Assembly: GCA_965224025.1 (NCBI GenBank)
Contig: OZ245033.1
Span: 3,296,001-3,360,000, forward strand
Length of the DNA: 64,000 nt
Direction: 5' to 3'
DNA from: Candidatus Multivorans sp.
GTDB taxonomy: Bacteria > Acidobacteriota > Thermoanaerobaculia > Multivoradales > Multivoraceae
A model generated the notes under the pieces. The model was given only the letters and a program-made list of their open reading frames with translations. It did no database searches and had not been told where the DNA came from. Within the stretch, counting starts at the first letter, position 1, and each line of letters begins with the position of its first letter. Both the position numbers and the translations under genes were made by a program. Shown here in pieces: positions 60,829 through 64,000 of the stretch.

Positions 60829-61726
60829 GCTGCGCCCAGAAGTCGAAGAAATTGAACCAGGAAAGCGGCGCCGCGCGGACGTGGCGCTCCAGTCTCTCCG
60901 CGTATCCCCGGGCCAGCGCGGCGACCGTGCTCGCTCGTTGCGATCGAGGCACTCGGCCGCCGGTCCAAAGAACCTCGCAGTGGACCTCATACCCGGGCGG
61001 GTCCAGACGGCAGAACATGCAGATGATCGGCGCCCTGAAGGCGCAGGCGACGAGGTACGGGCCGAGCGGAAAGGCCGCCGGGGCGCCGAGGAAGGGAAGC
61101 GACAGAGTCCGGTCCCCGGGTCGACAGCGATCCGCCATGAACCCGACCCACTCGTTCTCGCGAAGCGCTTCCGCGATCGAGACGCCCAGCGACGCCGCGC
61201 TCTGCCCCGAGTCGATGATTCGTTCCGCCATCGCCGGATCGATCTCCTCCATGGCCCGGAGGAAACGGGCGTTGACGCCCTTGTCCAGGACGATGCGAAT
61301 CCCGAACTCCCGACGGTCCGCGTCGACGATTCTGGGCGCGTCGAACGAACCGAAGTGCGCGGTCACGAAGATGCCCGCGCTGTTTTCCTCCATAACCTGT
61401 TGGATTCTCCCGTCGCGCACGAACCTGACCTGTCTCGCCTCCGGGCTGCGGCTGAGAGCGAAGAAGCGGTCCGCCGCGACCCGCGCAAAACCGAGGAAGT
61501 GCCGCAGTACGTCGGTCTCGCGTACCGGCCGCTTCAAAGCTCGTCTCAGGAAACCTCGGGAGGCCCTGCGTTCCGGCGCCCGCACCAGGTAGAAGTACAG
61601 GACCGTCGGGTAGAGCAGGAGATGAACGGCCTTACGGCCCAGCCTTCGAGCCACCCATGCTGCGATGCGGATGGCGAGCCGGTTGCCTGCTTCGGAACGC
61701 GACTGCCAGTGGGCCGCATTAGTCAT
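60785..61726 (-). CDS. LpxL-like lipid acyltransferase
   Basis: AHFGSFD (Hx4D), MADR, FLGAPAAFPLGP, APLSWFNFFDFW. Confidence 0.88.
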   Translation of the reverse strand: MTNAAHWQSRSEAGNRLAIRIAAWVARRLGRKAVHLLLYPTVLYFYLVRAPERRASRGFLRRALKRPVRETDVLRHFLGFARVAADRFFALSRSPEARQVRFVRDGRIQQVMEENSAGIFVTAHFGSFDAPRIVDADRREFGIRIVLDKGVNARFLRAMEEIDPAMAERIIDSGQSAASLGVSIAEALRENEWVGFMADRCRPGDRTLSLPFLGAPAAFPLGPYLVACAFRAPIICMFCRLDPPGYEVHCEVLWTGGRVPRSQRASTVAALARGYAERLERHVRAAPLSWFNFFDFWAQHATEAQRPGSGRAG

Positions 61727-63067
61727 CGGACTGGACGGCGCGGGCACCCAACATGCTTGTCAGTCTGCCGAGAGGCGTCTTGCCCGTACGATTGCGCGGA
61801 AGCGCATCCACGATCCGGATCGGTCGCGGCACGAAGGCGGGATCCAGCCGATTCGCCATCGCCTTTCGGATGTCTCGCGGCTCAAGGTCCGGCGCCACGA
61901 CTAGGGCCGCGAGGCGTTCCGACGGCTCGCCGTCGCGCCGGGGTTGGAAGATCACGCCGTCCTGCACTCCAGAGACTTCCAGCAGGAGCGCGTTCAGATT
62001 CGCGAGAGACTCCCGCTTTCCGGCAATTTTCACGATGTCCGTGGACCGTCCGAGGAACTCGAACCCTCCATCCGCAAGGGGCTCGAAGCGGTCCGCGAGG
62101 TCGACGGGTGCCTCCAGACGCGGCGCGCTCACCGTCAGGCCGCTTTGGGAAAATGCCAGTTGAAAGTAGTCGAAGAAGCACCATCCAGGACCTTCGGCAG
62201 GCCGGCGGGCGGCCAACGTTCCCACTTCGCTGCAACCGTAGAGTTCCAGAATCCGCGTTCCGAGGCGTTGTTCCGCCTGAGCTGCAAGGTTCGCATCCAG
62301 AGGGGCGGTTGCGCAGATCGTGACGCTTACCGGGCGAGCGGGAGGGGGTGCCTTGAGCAGCGCCCGCAGGTGGGTCGGCGTCGTCACGAGGACGGTGGGA
62401 GCGCTTGAAGAATCGAGGGTGTCGACTACGTCCTTGGGAAAAAACGCGCGTTCGCAGTGCACCGAGGCGGGAGCGATGCTCGGCAGCAGCAGCGTCCACT
62501 CGAGCCCGTACAGGTGCCATGGCGGAACGGTCGACACCATCGCGACCTCGCCGGCAGGAGTACCGGTTTCCTCCAGAGCTTGGGTCAGGCGGCGCCAGTG
62601 GATGGTGCGGAAGTCGCTGAGCAGCCCCCAAGTCTTCGGATGCGGGCGCGGAGCGCCGGTGCTGCCCGATGTGAAGACGATCGCGGCAAGCTGGGCCGCG
62701 TCGATGGCGGGCAGTTCCGCGGGCGGGTCCGCTGCGCCGGGGGAGGGGTCTGGAAAGGCCGTTGCGTCATCTCCGACGATCGCGCTGTCCGGGTACCTCC
62801 GGCGCAGCGCGTTCAGGGCGTCCGCACTTCGCTGTGACGGCAGAAGGTTGACGCTGCCTCTAAGGAGCGCGGCGAAGAACGCAACCCCGAAGAGATACCG
62901 GTCGGAGCACACGTTGATCAGCCAAGGGCGGTCGGGCAGGTTGTCGGCGCACAGCCGCGCGTCCCGGGCGAATTGCGAGACGGCGATCGGACGGTCGCCG
63001 GCGTACGCCCATGGCGTCTCGCCCGATCGATCAGAGGCGCCGCCGCCGGCGCCTCACGTTCGCGCAT
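61719..63067 (-). CDS. Aryl-acid:ACP ligase (AMP-binding, XanA2/ApeH-like), frameshift near 63022
   Basis: FTSGSTG, HLYGLE, ELYGCSE, GRSTDIVKIAGKR, PRNRTGK; homology extends above 62912, and ATG 63067 (MREREAPAAAPLID) has a GGAAGG SD. Confidence 0.85.
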
Positions 63068-63329
63068 TTACTTCCTTCCTGACGAAAGCCGTCAGGCTAC
63101 CGAGAGTGGCGAACGCTTCCCGCGTCGTCTCGTCCTTGGCGCTGAAGTGGACCGCGAACTCCTCCGCGATCGCGACCGCGATCTCCAGGGCGTCGATGGA
63201 GTCCAGGGCGAGACCCTCGTCGCCGAACATCAACTCGTCGGGGTCGATGTCGCCGGGATCGATTTCCTCCAGGTTCAGTGCGTCGACGATGAGCACGGCC
63301 ATCCGGGTCTGCTCAGGCGTCTGGTTCAC
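63054..63329 (-). CDS. Acyl carrier protein
   Basis: LNLEE, GLALDSIDALE (phosphopantetheine Ser). Confidence 0.93.
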   Translation of the reverse strand: MNQTPEQTRMAVLIVDALNLEEIDPGDIDPDELMFGDEGLALDSIDALEIAVAIAEEFAVHFSAKDETTREAFATLGSLTAFVRKEVNART

Positions 63330-64000
63330 GAGGAATGGTGCCTTCTTGGGGCGCCAGCCGAAACACGAGCGAAGTGTTCACGCCGCCGAAGGCGAAGTTG
63401 TTGGTCATCAAGTGTTCCGCCTCGATGCACATCGGTTCGCCGACGACGTAGCCGAGCGCAGCACAGCGGGGGTCGGGATTCTCCAGATTGATCGTCGGCG
63501 CGGCCCAGCTTTCGCGGAGCATCTCGAGGCTCATCCATGCCTCTAGACTGCCACAGGCGCCCAGGGTGTGACCGATGTAGCTCTTCAGCGAGCTGATCGG
63601 CACCGGACGGCGGAACACTTCCAGCGTCGCCCTGCTCTCCGCGATGTCCCCTAATTCGGTGGCGGTGCCATGGGCGTTCACATAGGCGATCTGATCCGCG
63701 CTCAAGCCGGCGTCGGCGAGAGCCAGACGCATGGCTTCGGCCATGGTTCGTTGCGCGGGCTGGGTTGGATGGGCGCCATCGGAGTTGGCGCCGAAGCCGA
63801 CGAGTTCGGCCAGGATCGTTGCGCCGCGGTTGAGGGCGTGGCGCCTGCTTTCGAGCACGAACGTGCAAGCGCCTTCTCCGACCACAAGGCCGTCGCGGTC
63901 GGCGTCGAAGGGTCTCGGCGTGCGCGACGGCGTCTGGTTGCGGCGGCTCGTGGCGTACAGCGTGTCGAATGTCGCCACCGCCGGGAGGTCGAGTTCGTCG
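63313..64000 (-). CDS. Beta-ketoacyl-ACP synthase (FabF-like), partial at right edge
   Basis: PRPFDADRDGLVVGEG, NAHGTAT, SLKSYIGHTLGACG, NNFAFGG. Confidence 0.92.
   Translation of the reverse strand, partial: DELDLPAVATFDTLYATSRRNQTPSRTPRPFDADRDGLVVGEGACTFVLESRRHALNRGATILAELVGFGANSDGAHPTQPAQRTMAEAMRLALADAGLSADQIAYVNAHGTATELGDIAESRATLEVFRRPVPISSLKSYIGHTLGACGSLEAWMSLEMLRESWAAPTINLENPDPRCAALGYVVGEPMCIEAEHLMTNNFAFGGVNTSLVFRLAPQEGTIPREPDA

Noticed and set aside
63054-63056. Stop-codon readthrough making an ACP-ligase fusion
   Set aside because: The two ORFs share a frame, but an ATG with SD at 63067 plus a 1-bp indel is simpler
1-64000. CRISPR arrays, tRNA/rRNA genes, intact transposases or integrases
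   Set aside because: No regularly spaced repeats, cloverleaf/rRNA signatures or DDE/tyrosine-recombinase motifs seen by eye

Overview
High-GC (~70%) bacterial window; the gene mix (Na+-NQR, TRAP/TAXI, PQQ-like propeller, Uma2, LLMs, mgtE-recO-mutL) would fit a marine, possibly host-associated, Acidobacteria-like organism, but this is inference only. From left to right it contains: a complete Na+-NQR operon (nqrA-F, apbE, nqrM) followed by a 2-phosphoglycerate-kinase-like gene that the ORF track misses; Uma2 nuclease-like genes; a two-gene island (2014-aa STAND-type NTPase plus a partner with a degenerate P-loop-like N-terminus and a C-terminal HEPN RxxxxH motif), a candidate defence system; housekeeping and transport genes; an F420 biosynthesis/use cluster bracketed by two inverted ~110-bp structured repeats; a decayed mobile patch (MobA/MobL relaxase remnant, FAH pseudogene, vapBC); mgtE-recO-mutL; and a xanthomonadin/aryl-polyene-type gene cluster with a flavin halogenase that runs off the right edge. 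Two paralogous orphan genes for secreted Cys/His-rich proteins lie 40 kb apart, and each is split by a frameshift. Several single-base frameshifts in short homopolymers suggest some assembly errors or recent decay. I saw no rRNA, tRNA or CRISPR array. All calls come from motif recognition by eye; no searches were run.
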